32,000 nucleotides of DNA from Candidatus Scalindua sp. (GCA_031316235.1 JALDRA010000001.1:1830001-1862000), one strand, 5' to 3'; numbered from the stretch's first letter, positions 1 to 10,152 are shown. A program made the numbers and translations. The notes: generated by a model not told the origin, from the sequence alone.

Positions 1-490
1 AAGAATTATTTACCCCGGCAAATTTCTGCTTAAGAAGTTTTTCCACTTCAGACGGTACAAATGAGGACACATTTCCCCCCAGGCTGATAGCTTCTTTTAT
101 CAAGCTGGAATCAAGATACGAATATTCGAGACTCGCCATTACAAAGACCGTTTCTGCATCTTTTTTCAGCACTCGATTGGTAAGAGCTCTCTGGAATTCA
201 TACTCAAAATCCGATACAGTTCTAATACCTCTCAGGATTACGTTAATTTTTTTCTCTTCCATATAATCAACCAGCATGCCTTCAAAACAGTCGACCTTAA
301 CATTTGAGAGTTCTTTTGTGTATCGTGTGATCAATTCCATTCTTTCCTTCAGGGTAAATATCGGTTTCTTAAAAGGATTGTGACCGACGGCCACAATAAG
401 GTTGTCGAATATATCGCTCCCACGCTTAACAAGATCAAGATGCCCATACGTAACCGGATCAAAAGTACCGGGGTAAACAGCATTCCTCAT
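1..490 (-). CDS. coaD: phosphopantetheine adenylyltransferase, 3' end runs off the window
   Basis: My translation of the minus strand from the ATG at 488-490 gives MRNAVYPGTFDPVTYGHLDLVKRGSDIFDNLIVAVGHNPFKKPIFTLKERMELI...ISSSLIKEAISLGGNVSSFVP. The GTFDPxTxGH nucleotidyltransferase motif and the roughly 163 codons fit CoaD. It is absent from the ORF track because no stop lies inside the window. Confidence 0.85.
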   Translation of the reverse strand, partial: MRNAVYPGTFDPVTYGHLDLVKRGSDIFDNLIVAVGHNPFKKPIFTLKERMELITRYTKELSNVKVDCFEGMLVDYMEEKKINVILRGIRTVSDFEYEFQRALTNRVLKKDAETVFVMASLEYSYLDSSLIKEAISLGGNVSSFVPSEVEKLLKQKFAGVNNS

Positions 491-508
491 TACACATTTC
501 CCAATCCA

Positions 509-3298
509 TTAAAACATAAACATGTTTCTTATATTCTGTGTACCCCCCCCGCGAGGGACAATATCAAAACGGGCAACGTTATTTGTTCGGACTTCATCTA
601 CCGCTAGCGTCATGCTTCCAATCCAGTCATGGAAAAATCTAGAAATCACAATACTGGTATTGAGATTTGAGCTCTCTTCGGAAACAAGGGTTCCCGCCAC
701 ATTTGTTTTTCTTGTCTTAAAGTCAAATAATTCAAAGAAACGCACCTCCCATTTTTCGCCGAGAGATACGGCTGATGAAACTACCACAGAAGAACTGATG
801 TTTTCAATGAACCTGTTACCGAGATAGAAACTCCATTTTGGCATATTATTATAATTAACACCTAAATTAAACACATCAATACCCCCTCTATCCAGGTTAA
901 ACTCATTATGTTCTGAAAGAATTGAAATTTTATCGCTCAAATTAAACCGCATATCCAATTTAATATAATCATCACGTTTTCTATTTAAACCCGCATTACC
1001 TGGAAATAAGTTAAATTCAATATCAAAATCAGCAATGTCCACGGGTATCTCACTGCCTGTCTGCCCTCGTTTTGTTTGAAACCTGTTACGGACGCCAAAT
1101 GAGACCGACTGATACGTGTCCAATGCATCCACCCCATCAAACTGGTTTAAATCTTCCGGGTCCTGTGATACGATCGGGATAAAATTAAAACGCATTTCCG
1201 GGGTAATTATATGCCTGAGCCTGTTTATGTTGAGAAATTTATTATAAGTGCTGTAAGTTCTTGAGATGGTGGTGTTTGCTTCAATACCAAGCGTGCCTGC
1301 TATTCTCAGACGGGGGGTACCACCCCCTATGTTCTCAGACGTAACAGGGTCTCTCTTGACACTCTCGCTGTAGCCGGTAAGACGAGCTCCTACAAAAGGG
1401 TTAAACCTTACCCCAAAAAAACGAAACGGTGCGCTGAGCAAATGATCAGTATCAAACCTGATCGTTTCCTCCGGCTCCAGCCTGACAGGCACTCTGTCAA
1501 AGACTCTTTCTGCGGTCAATAAAGCCCCACGACCAAGAAATCTTTCCTCCGCCCTCTTCGGAGAAATTCCATCAAACATTCTGCTTTGATAAGCAAGTCC
1601 CGTTTCAGCTGTGTAATTCAGCCTACCCTCCCATAAGGGTTCCCCTATCATACGATACTTGAATTCCGGCAATGATTCATTTTTCCTGTTGAGCCTTGTT
1701 GAATCAACATAGGTATCATATGTCCTCAGCTGACGCTCTGCCCGCACAGTCATTCCCCTGTTATCAGAAATTTTCCTTAGATACAATAACGTTTCCCTGT
1801 CTTTATCTGTTTTAAACTCCATAACGTGAAATTCTCGAAAATAACTTCTATCGCTTACTTGTGAGACTTCAATATCAGCTCTCCAGCCATTCCGCAGCAA
1901 TTGTCTGTGCCGCCAGAGAAAGTGCCCTCTATCGTTATCCTCAACGGGAACACTATTAATATCAAAATCCTCTTTGTCCTGAATATAATAGGTCCTTGCC
2001 AATCCCCAGAAATTAGGTTTCGCATATTCAAAATCCAACCCAACCGCAGGGCCTCTCATGGAAAGGTAATCGGCACTTAATGTCAACTCACTCCAGTCAC
2101 TTAAACTGCCAGCAGATGCCAAGCTGTACAGGTCCCAATCTGTTGTAACAAATCTTCCAAATCGGGAAGCAGTTCCAGTCTCCCACTCTTTTAACAGCGA
2201 TCTATTTTTTTGCAAATTAAATGATAAAAAAGGGATATAAAATATAGGAATATTTCCCGCATACAATGTGTCTTTTTGTGTGGCAATTATTGAATGCTTG
2301 TCTGTTTTAAAAAGCCTGATATTTGCAGATTTGAAATGGAAGTGAGGATGCCCATAAGTACAGCTTGAAAATGACCCATTTTTCACATCATATTGCCCTT
2401 GACCTCTATGCTTAATCTCATCACCCCTTATATACATGGGGATATTTACCTCTGAGAAGGTTGTCCTGATGGTACTGTTCACCAGCAGCCCTTTTCCCTC
2501 TTTAGCGTTTTCGAAAACCTTGTCAGCTATCAGTATGTCTTTTCCACGCCTGAGAGTGACATTACCCTCAGCGTAAAATTCCTCAAATGTCTGCTGTTCA
2601 GGATCTGCATCTTTCTCCTTTTTCTGGTCGAGATACAGAATTACGTTATCAGCATTCAAGGTTTCTCCTGTCCGCTCAATCCTGACATTTCCCGTAGCAA
2701 CAATTATACGGAGATCCCTCTCAACCCAGCTATCGATGTCATCTGCAAAAATCTCTACCGGCAGCCCCTCAGGCGGAGCACTAACAGGTGAACCAAGAGG
2801 AATACCTATAGGAGATTCCCTGGAAGCAAATTCACCTTTCCCGTCATCTCTGATCTTTTTCCCTCGCAGATAAGTCCCAACGTTTACCCCCTCTTCAAAA
2901 CTTTCTATCGCGACATTTCTGGAGTCTGCAACGATTCCTGCAGTAGTAATCAACCGCAGATACATGTGTTCAAAATCATCCGTCACCCCGTCCTGAGACA
3001 ATGTTACCTTACTGTCACAATAAACATCCATATGCCCTTCAGCAAGTTGAGAAACCTTAACTTCCGAGAACCAGGCAACCAGCGAGTCAGCGTTGATTTG
3101 TATATCCCCCTGCTCCACTCTAACGGTACCTTGAGCATAAAAAACTTTGTATCCATTCTCATCCCACGTCTTGATTGAGTCAGCACTCAGGGATATAGGC
3201 TGCGGTGATACATCCTTTGTAATGAGGGCTCCTTCAGCAAAATGGAGGCAACAGAAAACTAAGGATACCAGGCGGACAGCTACGGTAATATATCGCAT
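509..3298 (-). CDS. lptD: LPS-assembly outer-membrane protein, LptD/OstA family
   Basis: This is ORF 509..3376. I prefer the internal ATG at 3296-3298, which gives MRYITVAVRLVSLVFCCLHFAEGA, a signal-peptide-like N-terminus. Two OstA-like segments are present (ADSIKTWDENGYKVFYAQGTVRVEQGDIQINADSLVAW and ADDIDSW..ATGNVRIERTGETLNADNVILYLD). A long beta-rich C-terminal part ends in ...NMFMF, the aromatic terminal residue typical of outer-membrane barrels. Confidence 0.7.
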   Translation of the reverse strand: MRYITVAVRLVSLVFCCLHFAEGALITKDVSPQPISLSADSIKTWDENGYKVFYAQGTVRVEQGDIQINADSLVAWFSEVKVSQLAEGHMDVYCDSKVTLSQDGVTDDFEHMYLRLITTAGIVADSRNVAIESFEEGVNVGTYLRGKKIRDDGKGEFASRESPIGIPLGSPVSAPPEGLPVEIFADDIDSWVERDLRIIVATGNVRIERTGETLNADNVILYLDQKKEKDADPEQQTFEEFYAEGNVTLRRGKDILIADKVFENAKEGKGLLVNSTIRTTFSEVNIPMYIRGDEIKHRGQGQYDVKNGSFSSCTYGHPHFHFKSANIRLFKTDKHSIIATQKDTLYAGNIPIFYIPFLSFNLQKNRSLLKEWETGTASRFGRFVTTDWDLYSLASAGSLSDWSELTLSADYLSMRGPAVGLDFEYAKPNFWGLARTYYIQDKEDFDINSVPVEDNDRGHFLWRHRQLLRNGWRADIEVSQVSDRSYFREFHVMEFKTDKDRETLLYLRKISDNRGMTVRAERQLRTYDTYVDSTRLNRKNESLPEFKYRMIGEPLWEGRLNYTAETGLAYQSRMFDGISPKRAEERFLGRGALLTAERVFDRVPVRLEPEETIRFDTDHLLSAPFRFFGVRFNPFVGARLTGYSESVKRDPVTSENIGGGTPRLRIAGTLGIEANTTISRTYSTYNKFLNINRLRHIITPEMRFNFIPIVSQDPEDLNQFDGVDALDTYQSVSFGVRNRFQTKRGQTGSEIPVDIADFDIEFNLFPGNAGLNRKRDDYIKLDMRFNLSDKISILSEHNEFNLDRGGIDVFNLGVNYNNMPKWSFYLGNRFIENISSSVVVSSAVSLGEKWEVRFFELFDFKTRKTNVAGTLVSEESSNLNTSIVISRFFHDWIGSMTLAVDEVRTNNVARFDIVPRGGGTQNIRNMFMF

Positions 3299-3698
3299 AT
3301 AATTTGAAATAAAAAAGTTTAAGAGGATAAAAATTCGTCTCCCGCTATTGAATTGATAAAAAAATAGCCCCCCCACACTGCTTTCTCACTGAGCCCAACT
3401 GCATTCTGAAGAACCAGCGCATCTCAGGAATTAATATCTTCCCGAAAGGTGAGGAGCAAATCCAACAACTCGTTCATGGTGGTTATAAGGTTTCCGGACT
3501 GCTGTATTGCCCAGCCATCCGAAAGGAACCCTTAAGATCTGGACATAGAATGCAACCCTGTCAAGATCGTTTGAACGATGTGGTAGTATGAAGAGAAAGA
3601 GCCTGTGTTGCACAACCCCGGGGAAAATAATCCGGGTATACTATATCAGGATATTTTATGAAATATTCTCTATTATAAGAGCTGTATGTTAGTCTATG

Positions 3699-3719
3699 CA
3701 AAAGGCTTGGAGGCAAACC
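3699..3719 (-). terminator. candidate intrinsic terminator downstream of the DegT-family gene
   Basis: The minus strand reads GGTTTGCCTCCAAGCCTTTTGC. This is a 6-bp stem GGUUUG/CAAGCC (one G.U pair), a CCUC loop and then UUUUG. It starts 13 nt after the stop at 3732. Confidence 0.35.
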
Positions 3720-3731
3720 AATTAATTCTGT

Positions 3732-4865
3732 TTACCTGCTTGAAAAAACTTTTAGCGCTTCAATAACATAGTCCTGTTCACCTTTTGTTATTTCCGGGAA
3801 ATTTGGAATTGCCACTATTTCCCTTGCTGCCCTTTCAGCTTCAGGCATGTCGCCTTCTTTGTAGCCTAAAAATTCGATACATTTCTGCAAATGTTGCGGG
3901 ACAGGATAGTGTACGGCGCAATCTATATTTTTTTCTTTAAAATATTCCAGGAGCTTGTCCCGTGCCTTTAACCTGATCACGAAGAGGTGAAACACATGTT
4001 TATTGAAAGTCGCCGTCCCGGGCAGCGATACATTAAGCCCTTCCAGCTGTTCCATGTAGTATGATGCTTTCTTCCGCCGATTCTCATTCCACTCGTCGAT
4101 ATACCTCAATTTTACGATAAGGATAGAGGCTTGTAACGTATCCAACCTGCCATTAATCCCCACAAGGGGGTAATAATTTTTCGTTTTTCCTCCATGAACC
4201 CTCAACATAGAAACCTTTTCAGCAATCTCGTCACTGTTACACGTAACCAGTCCTCCATCCCCGAACGCTCCAAGATTTTTGCTGGGAAAAAAAGAAAAGC
4301 ATCCCAAATCGCCCATTGAACCGGCTTTTCTTTCTTTGTATTCTGAGCCAATTGCCTGCGCCGCATCCTCTATAACCTTGAGACCATACTCTTCTGCAAT
4401 TGCCAGTATCGGTTCCATATCAGCACATTGACCGTATAAATGTACGGGAATAATAGCCTTTGTTCTTTTCGTTATGCACGCCCTGATTAAGTCAGCCCTG
4501 ATGGTATATGTATCTGGATCAATATCCACAAAGACAGGAGTTGCACCGACATTACAAATCGAACCAACTGTGGCAAAAAAGGTGAAGGGGGTAGTTATAA
4601 CTTCATCGCCATTACCGATTCCCAATGACTTAAGGGCCAGAACCAAGGCATCCGTCCCAGATGAAACTCCTATCGCATGTTTTGTCCTGCAGTAAGCAGC
4701 AATCAGTTCCTCAAATTCTTCAACCTGTGGCCCCAAGATAAAGGCCTGGCTTTCAAGGACTTTTTCGATTGCGGAGTCTATTTCATCCTTTATACCTCGA
4801 TATTGCCGCTGCAAATCGATCAGGGGTACATTTTTTATTGTGTTATTACTGACTGAAGAGCCCAT
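3732..4865 (-). CDS. DegT/DnrJ/EryC1/StrS-family PLP-dependent sugar aminotransferase
   Basis: The 377-aa ORF starts IDLQRQYRGIKDEIDSAIEKVLESQAFILGPQVEEFEE and contains GVSSGTDAL and the FSFFPSKNLGAFGDGG region with the PLP lysine context. Length and layout are typical of the family. Confidence 0.85.
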   Translation of the reverse strand: MGSSVSNNTIKNVPLIDLQRQYRGIKDEIDSAIEKVLESQAFILGPQVEEFEELIAAYCRTKHAIGVSSGTDALVLALKSLGIGNGDEVITTPFTFFATVGSICNVGATPVFVDIDPDTYTIRADLIRACITKRTKAIIPVHLYGQCADMEPILAIAEEYGLKVIEDAAQAIGSEYKERKAGSMGDLGCFSFFPSKNLGAFGDGGLVTCNSDEIAEKVSMLRVHGGKTKNYYPLVGINGRLDTLQASILIVKLRYIDEWNENRRKKASYYMEQLEGLNVSLPGTATFNKHVFHLFVIRLKARDKLLEYFKEKNIDCAVHYPVPQHLQKCIEFLGYKEGDMPEAERAAREIVAIPNFPEITKGEQDYVIEALKVFSSR

Positions 4866-5055
4866 TCTATCCCAGAAGAAGTTGCGAAAAAACCTTCAAA
4901 ATACCAACTTTATTTCTTTCTCCTCCTCGCTCTTTTTTTCAGGATATATTTTTTTCTGTTCAACCTATGCTTTTTCTTTCCTTCAAATCCTTTTGCCATA
5001 AAATGAAACCTTCCTTAAATAGGTAAAAAACCCAACCCCCAAAAAACTACTTTAC

Positions 5056-5084
5056 TTGAATACCATTAGTTATTCTGATAAAAT
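5056..5084 (+). promoter_or_regulatory. sigma70-like promoter candidate, TTGAAT-17-TAAAAT
   Basis: TTGAAT lies at 5056-5061, a 17-nt spacer follows, and TAAAAT lies at 5079-5084 on the plus strand. It sits in the divergent intergenic region about 230 nt upstream of the comEC start. The long leader lowers confidence. Confidence 0.3.
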
Positions 5085-5315
5085 CAGACCCTATAATTAG
5101 CGCATTACCTTTGAGTTTCCTATTCAGCAGTAATGGCCTTTATTAGCCGATGCCTGAGCACCAGTCTCATTTCATATGTACTTCATACTGTTCCACTAAT
5201 TGAAAATATTGCGCATTGTACAAACTTGTAAATCATTTTACAAGTGATTCTTTTGTTAGGATCACCATTACTCTGTTCAACAGAAAACCATAAATACTGG
5301 AACTTTGAACCCAAA

Positions 5316-7934
5316 ATGAAGAATCGGCCCCTTATAGGAGTCACACTATCTTTCATAACAGGCATATTGGTTGTTAATTTTCTCACTATAGATTTATTAT
5401 CTGCACTGTTGATAACAACTGTGCTTTTAATTATCTCATTGTGTTTATTGATATCTCATCGTAGAGAATATGTATTCTCGATCCTTTTACTAACATTTCT
5501 TACCGGTATCATATACCACCAGTACCGTTCTTCCCCTTTCCCGTCCAGCAATATATCACATTTTGTCAAGAATGATAAATTACCCGTTCGCTTACGCGGA
5601 ATTGTCCTGACTGATCCCGTAATCAGGCACATGCCTCCCCCTCCATTATCTCAGCAATTCCGACAAAATGAGATAACAACTTTTTTAATGAAAATCGAGG
5701 CTGCCGGAGAGACTCCGGATATTCGCACATATGGATACAGGCAGAAGGAAAGGACCTCTCATAAACAAAAGGAAAATTCACCACAGCTGCATTGGAAGAA
5801 GATTACGGGCATCGTAAAAGTAAATGTCTACCCGAGGATAACGTCTCATTCTCTAAAGCAGAAAGAAGATACTTTCAAAATCAGAAACCAATTTACTGCA
5901 AATTCTGTAAAATATGGTGACAGGATTGAGTTAATCGGTTACATCTCAAAACCTGAGGCACCTCACAATCCTTACCAGTTTGATTACAAAACATATCTTC
6001 AGAGACAGAGACCGCACATTGATGTGATCGCCAACCTTATCAGTGCAAAGAATATTCAATTGTTGTCGGAAAAAAATGGAAATTATTTTTCTGCATCTAT
6101 CTACAGACTGAAGAGAAAACTGACAACTATCCTGAACAGGTATATAACAGAGGATAGTGCACCCCTTGTCTGCAGTATCTTGCTCGGTGACCGTGAGAAG
6201 GTTAATCACCATCTACTGGACGGTTTTGTAAAGACAGGAACAATGCATTTCCTGGCAATAAGCGGCTTCCATGTGGGAATTCTGGTTATTTCGTTGCATT
6301 TTTTCTTAAGGTTACTTGGGATGAATACAAAACATGCAACCATAATTATTATTATATTTACTTTTATCTATGCCGCCATAACGGGAATGAAGACACCAAT
6401 ATTACGAGCAAGTATCATGGTGGCAACCTTCTATGGTGCATATATTTTTCACAGGAGATGGGATCTTCCAAATAGTATTTCCGCAGCAGTACTTTTAATT
6501 CTTATCATAAATCCTTCAGACCTGTTTAACCCAGGATTTCAACTTTCCGTCCTTGCGATTCTCGGGATTGTCTGCCTCTCAGGCAGAATCGAAAATCGTC
6601 TCTGGAAATCGACTCATTTGGTTGAGAAATTACAAGCGAATCATGAAAGGAACACTGCCTGGTTACTCTTCAGAAAATATTGTAGAAAAACATTTTGTGC
6701 TTCTGCTGCAGCCTGGTTTGCCGTCACACCTCTTATAGCCTATCATTTCAACATAGTAACACCGCTTGCACTGCTGTTGAATATCGTTGTTCTCCCCTTA
6801 ATATGGTGCATACTCGTTGGTGGTTTTCTCGTCTTGCTGACGGGTATTACGATTCCCGTGCTGGCTCCCCTGTTTGCATGGATAGTTTCATATTCTGAGA
6901 TAGCATTGAAAAATATTATCCTCACATTTTCTTCAAATAGTACGATTTTTCACTACACAGCGGGATTATCATGGATCTGGATACTCATCTATTATGTGGT
7001 AGCCGCCCTTTTTGTTCTCAGAAAGAGTTTTCGGCTTAAGTTTGAACATATGGTGATAGCCTCACTGTTTCTTTTAAACATATTTATTTTTACCGGCCTG
7101 CTTATTAAAAAGAACGATTTTTTACACTTGACCTGTTTTGATGTGAAGCACGGAACCGCAATCTTTATCCAATTCCCAAATGGTAAAAATATGCTGTTTG
7201 ATTCTGGCACATGGAGTAATTATGATGTTGGGGAACGTGTCGTCGCCCCATTTTTATGGAAGCGGAAAGTGGAAACCATAGACACAATAGTTATTTCTCA
7301 TGAACATGAAGACCACTGTAATGGAATACCTTCACTCATTGAAAGGTTTACTGTCAGCAATGTTTTTATCAACAAATTCTTATTACAATCCGGTAGAAAG
7401 AATGAATTGCTGAAACTCATCAGTAATGAGAATATCAATATCGGCTTACTATCAAACGGTTTAGAAATCACAGGATATGAACCTGCAAAAATAACCGTAC
7501 TTAACCCACCAGATAAAGACACGATGAGACATGTTGGCCATGCACCTCATCAGCTCACCGCAAATGATGCATCAAGTGTGCTATTGATTGAATATATGAA
7601 TTACAGGATAGTTCTCTGTGCCGATGTAGGTGAATCTGGAATTAAATTGTTTCTATCCAGCATGAACATCTCGACAGATCCGTCTGAAGATTTTATTGCT
7701 GACATTCTTCAGGTTCCGCACCATGGCGGATTTATTGAAAACACAGAAGAGCTGATCTGGCGGATCCGGCCAAAATATGCCATAATAAGCGGAAATAGAA
7801 GTATTATTTCAACTGCCACCATGAAAGCCTACGAGAGATCCGGAGCAGAGGTGTTTAAGACGTATCAAGATGGAGCGATATCATTTACGATCGGTAAGGA
7901 AGGTATAATCTTCTCAAAATTCCTCAATGACTAA
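5316..7934 (+). CDS. comEC: DNA internalization competence protein ComEC/Rec2 with C-terminal metallo-beta-lactamase domain
   Basis: This is ORF 5244..7934. I prefer the ATG at 5316 (MKNRPLIGVTLSFITGILV...). It has a multi-pass membrane core (FVKTGTMHFLAISGFHVGIL) and a C-terminal MBL motif (ISHEHEDHCNG ... VPHHG). Confidence 0.85.
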   Translation: MKNRPLIGVTLSFITGILVVNFLTIDLLSALLITTVLLIISLCLLISHRREYVFSILLLTFLTGIIYHQYRSSPFPSSNISHFVKNDKLPVRLRGIVLTDPVIRHMPPPPLSQQFRQNEITTFLMKIEAAGETPDIRTYGYRQKERTSHKQKENSPQLHWKKITGIVKVNVYPRITSHSLKQKEDTFKIRNQFTANSVKYGDRIELIGYISKPEAPHNPYQFDYKTYLQRQRPHIDVIANLISAKNIQLLSEKNGNYFSASIYRLKRKLTTILNRYITEDSAPLVCSILLGDREKVNHHLLDGFVKTGTMHFLAISGFHVGILVISLHFFLRLLGMNTKHATIIIIIFTFIYAAITGMKTPILRASIMVATFYGAYIFHRRWDLPNSISAAVLLILIINPSDLFNPGFQLSVLAILGIVCLSGRIENRLWKSTHLVEKLQANHERNTAWLLFRKYCRKTFCASAAAWFAVTPLIAYHFNIVTPLALLLNIVVLPLIWCILVGGFLVLLTGITIPVLAPLFAWIVSYSEIALKNIILTFSSNSTIFHYTAGLSWIWILIYYVVAALFVLRKSFRLKFEHMVIASLFLLNIFIFTGLLIKKNDFLHLTCFDVKHGTAIFIQFPNGKNMLFDSGTWSNYDVGERVVAPFLWKRKVETIDTIVISHEHEDHCNGIPSLIERFTVSNVFINKFLLQSGRKNELLKLISNENINIGLLSNGLEITGYEPAKITVLNPPDKDTMRHVGHAPHQLTANDASSVLLIEYMNYRIVLCADVGESGIKLFLSSMNISTDPSEDFIADILQVPHHGGFIENTEELIWRIRPKYAIISGNRSIISTATMKAYERSGAEVFKTYQDGAISFTIGKEGIIFSKFLND

Positions 7935-8079
7935 ACAGAGCCTGAATCCCCGGGAACACCTTACCCGAATGCAGAAAAAATATAACAGGATTTCCCCTCC
8001 CGCTTCCCTGAATAGAGATAGCTCAAGATGAAAAAATGAGAAAATTCTGATACGGTAGAATGGAAATCTCACCTTTTCT

Positions 8080-8943
8080 TCAAGAAACCCCACCACCGCT
8101 CCTGTAAGGTTCAAAATCAAGAGTCACCCATTTGTACCCACGCTTTTTGCCTTCAGCAACCAGGATCTCACCCTGCTGCAATACAGACTGCATCTCTTCA
8201 GGTGCGGATTCAATCCTGAAAAAAAGCTCCGCGCTCTCCCGGCAAAGGCGTACACGAAAGACCTTTATACCTGCTTCTTTCAGTATCGCCTCCATGGCTT
8301 CAATATCGTTTAGCCGCTTTTTCGTAATAGGGATTCCGGTCATTATTCTCGAACTCAAACAGGGACTTGCCGGCTTCTCCGCAATAGCTAAATGGTTGGC
8401 ACGAAGAACGGTCCTGATATCATCTTTCGTAAAACCCGCATCAGCGAGCGGTGATATTACGTTATTTTCCAATGCGGCTTTATGACCCGGCCGAATATCG
8501 TCTCCGTCGGAAACGTTATAACCATACAGCACCCATTTATATTTATCGCCCTTCGCAATAGAACCGGTAATTCCAAACAGTTCCTTTTTACAATAATAAC
8601 ATCGATCATAATCATTCCGAATGTATTCTTCATCGAAAATCTCTTCACTTTTTTCAATAGTGTGTTCTACATGTAAATCTTTTGCAAAGCCCAAAGCATC
8701 TTCCAATTCGGTTCGAGATAAGCTCGGGCTATCAGTAGTTACCGCAAGCAGCTTACCACCAGACTCGTCTTTCACTTTTTTTGCTGCCCATAAGAGCATG
8801 GCGCTATCGATGCCCCCTGAGAAGGCGACGATTACTCCACCAGGAAGGAATTTCCTCAATTGGTTTGAGAGCGCCTCCAATTTCCCCGTTAACTCTGAAC
8901 CTAATTCTCCTCTGTTTTTTACCAGGATATTACTCTTTTCCAC
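8080..8943 (-). CDS. LarE-like PP-loop ATP pyrophosphatase (adenine nucleotide alpha-hydrolase, TIGR00268-like)
   Basis: The ORF has the PP-loop VAFSGGIDSAMLL and a conserved cysteine context KPASPCLSSRI resembling the LarE sulfur-donor Cys region. ORF 8080..9186 has no ATG between 9186 and the PP-loop, and its 5' part overlaps the DinB gene. I therefore place the start at the GTG at 8941-8943 (VEKSNILVKNRGEL...). This start is uncertain. Confidence 0.6.
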   Translation of the reverse strand: MEKSNILVKNRGELGSELTGKLEALSNQLRKFLPGGVIVAFSGGIDSAMLLWAAKKVKDESGGKLLAVTTDSPSLSRTELEDALGFAKDLHVEHTIEKSEEIFDEEYIRNDYDRCYYCKKELFGITGSIAKGDKYKWVLYGYNVSDGDDIRPGHKAALENNVISPLADAGFTKDDIRTVLRANHLAIAEKPASPCLSSRIMTGIPITKKRLNDIEAMEAILKEAGIKVFRVRLCRESAELFFRIESAPEEMQSVLQQGEILVAEGKKRGYKWVTLDFEPYRSGGGVS

Positions 8944-9103
8944 AATCTGATTGCCATTATACAGAATTTTATACCTTCTTAGACTTGTTTTCACGAACCT
9001 TAATCCGAATTCCCGCAACCCTCCTGCGCGAGAAAGATTATACAACCCCCTGGATTTGAGACTCTCAAACGTTGCCCCTATGCATAGAATGCGAACAACC
9101 CTA

Positions 9104-9718
9104 TCACTGAGGATCTGGACGTTCTGTACACGGCTTATCTCCAGGACCGGGAAGAGGTACTCTATTACTGCCGCCATCTGTTTCACCTGCGATCAGGGCT
9201 TCAACACTTGGATATGGATATATTGTCTCAGCTTTATTCTGCATTAAACCGCCGGTATCAGCAGTAGGTCCATAGGTGCTGTAGATTTCCCTTCCCAATA
9301 TCCGAAGCAACATCGTCAACTGCCCCCGATGATGTGCTGTATGGGCGATTCTTCTCGTTACAACCCAGGCCCGTGAACGAGTAACGGTAAAGAATTTTAC
9401 CTCTTCTTCCCACCAGGCATCATCTTTTTCCCGTAAGGCTGTCAGTCGTTTTCCGGAATCCTCAGCATAGCGTTTTATGAATTCGAGACGTGTTTCCTGT
9501 TCCGGCAAAGGAGGTGCGCCCACGTCAATTCCGAGCATATTGGAAAACCAGAGATTTTCTCCCATGCATTGATGAACCATGTGCTCAAGGGCGTTTCTGC
9601 CTCTTCTATCCTCCGGGTGAGGGCGTCTTTTCAGGTCTTCATCTTTAAACGTACTCCAGGTACTAAGCGTCTTCATCCGTTCCGTTTCATAGGTATCAAT
9701 GAGAAATGTATAGCCCAT
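9104..9718 (-). CDS. DinB-family (DinB/YfiT-like) metal-dependent protein
   Basis: The 204-aa ORF has His-rich helices (ALEHMVHQ, RRIAHTAHHRGQL) typical of the DinB four-helix-bundle family. A strong SD (AAAGGAG) precedes the ATG at 9718. Confidence 0.75.
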   Translation of the reverse strand: MGYTFLIDTYETERMKTLSTWSTFKDEDLKRRPHPEDRRGRNALEHMVHQCMGENLWFSNMLGIDVGAPPLPEQETRLEFIKRYAEDSGKRLTALREKDDAWWEEEVKFFTVTRSRAWVVTRRIAHTAHHRGQLTMLLRILGREIYSTYGPTADTGGLMQNKAETIYPYPSVEALIAGETDGGSNRVPLPGPGDKPCTERPDPQ

Positions 9719-9732
9719 TCTGATTCTCCTTT

Positions 9733-10128
9733 TTATTGGTTGTCCGCCAAATAGCTGTTCAGTAAATTACGTGCTGCATTCTGTGCCGCTTCAATTGGCC
9801 ACACCTCTCCATAATTTTGACTTGCAGCAATAGCCCCTTCTACCAGGACATATACCAGCTAAAATTACAGGAAACCAAACACACCGAGAATTCGAGACTC
9901 TACAGATTCATGACTTTCCACACTTCTCGTCAGCCACTCCATCCAAATAATGTGCCTCGCTTGCAGATACGCAACACAAAGGTGTTCTTTCGAGGAAAAG
10001 TGGTGATAAAATGTGGCCTTTGCTACCCGGGATTCTGAAATTATCTGGTTTATTCGCGTGGCCTGATATCCCTGTTCATAAAAAAGGTGTAAGGAAGTAT
10101 CGATTATTCTACTTCGTGCCCTATCCAT
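9733..10128 (-). pseudogene. TetR/AcrR-family regulator, disrupted by two in-frame stops and shorter than family norm
   Basis: The N-terminal 87 aa carry the TetR HTH (IIDTSLHLFYEQGYQATRINQIISESRVAKATFYHHFSSKEHL). The frame then reads TAA (9865-9867), one codon, then TAG (9859-9861). It continues in the same frame as LVYVLVEGAIAASQNYGEVWPIEAAQNAARNLLNSYLADNQ to a stop at 9733-9735. The total of about 131 codons compares with about 190 typical for the family. Confidence 0.7.
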
Positions 10129-10152
10129 ATTTTTTACTCAGACAGTGAGGAT

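Noticed and set aside
3299-3376. Longer N-terminal versions of ORFs at 3376 (lptD), 5244 (comEC), 11261 (peptidase), 22048 (Memo-like) and 23118 (AMMECR1-like)
   Set aside because: In each case an internal ATG gives a family-typical N-terminus (a signal peptide or the conserved first helix). The upstream extension has no recognisable content. These remain start-site judgments, not proofs.
3431-3613. 60-aa ORF in the DegT/lptD spacer, and possible RNase P, tmRNA or 6S RNA there
   Set aside because: The ORF has no RBS and an implausible composition. I saw no GAGGAAAGUCC-type RNase P motif, no tRNA-like end and no SRP motif.
8132-9247. Stack of plus-strand ORFs (8132..8485, 8482..8676, 8621..8950, 8781..9059, 8951..9247); similar antisense ORFs lie inside lptD, comEC, valS, cimA, the radical SAM gene and glgA
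   Set aside because: They lie antisense to or overlapping confidently identified genes. They lack start signals and have low-complexity, Ser/Arg/Leu-rich composition typical of shadow ORFs.
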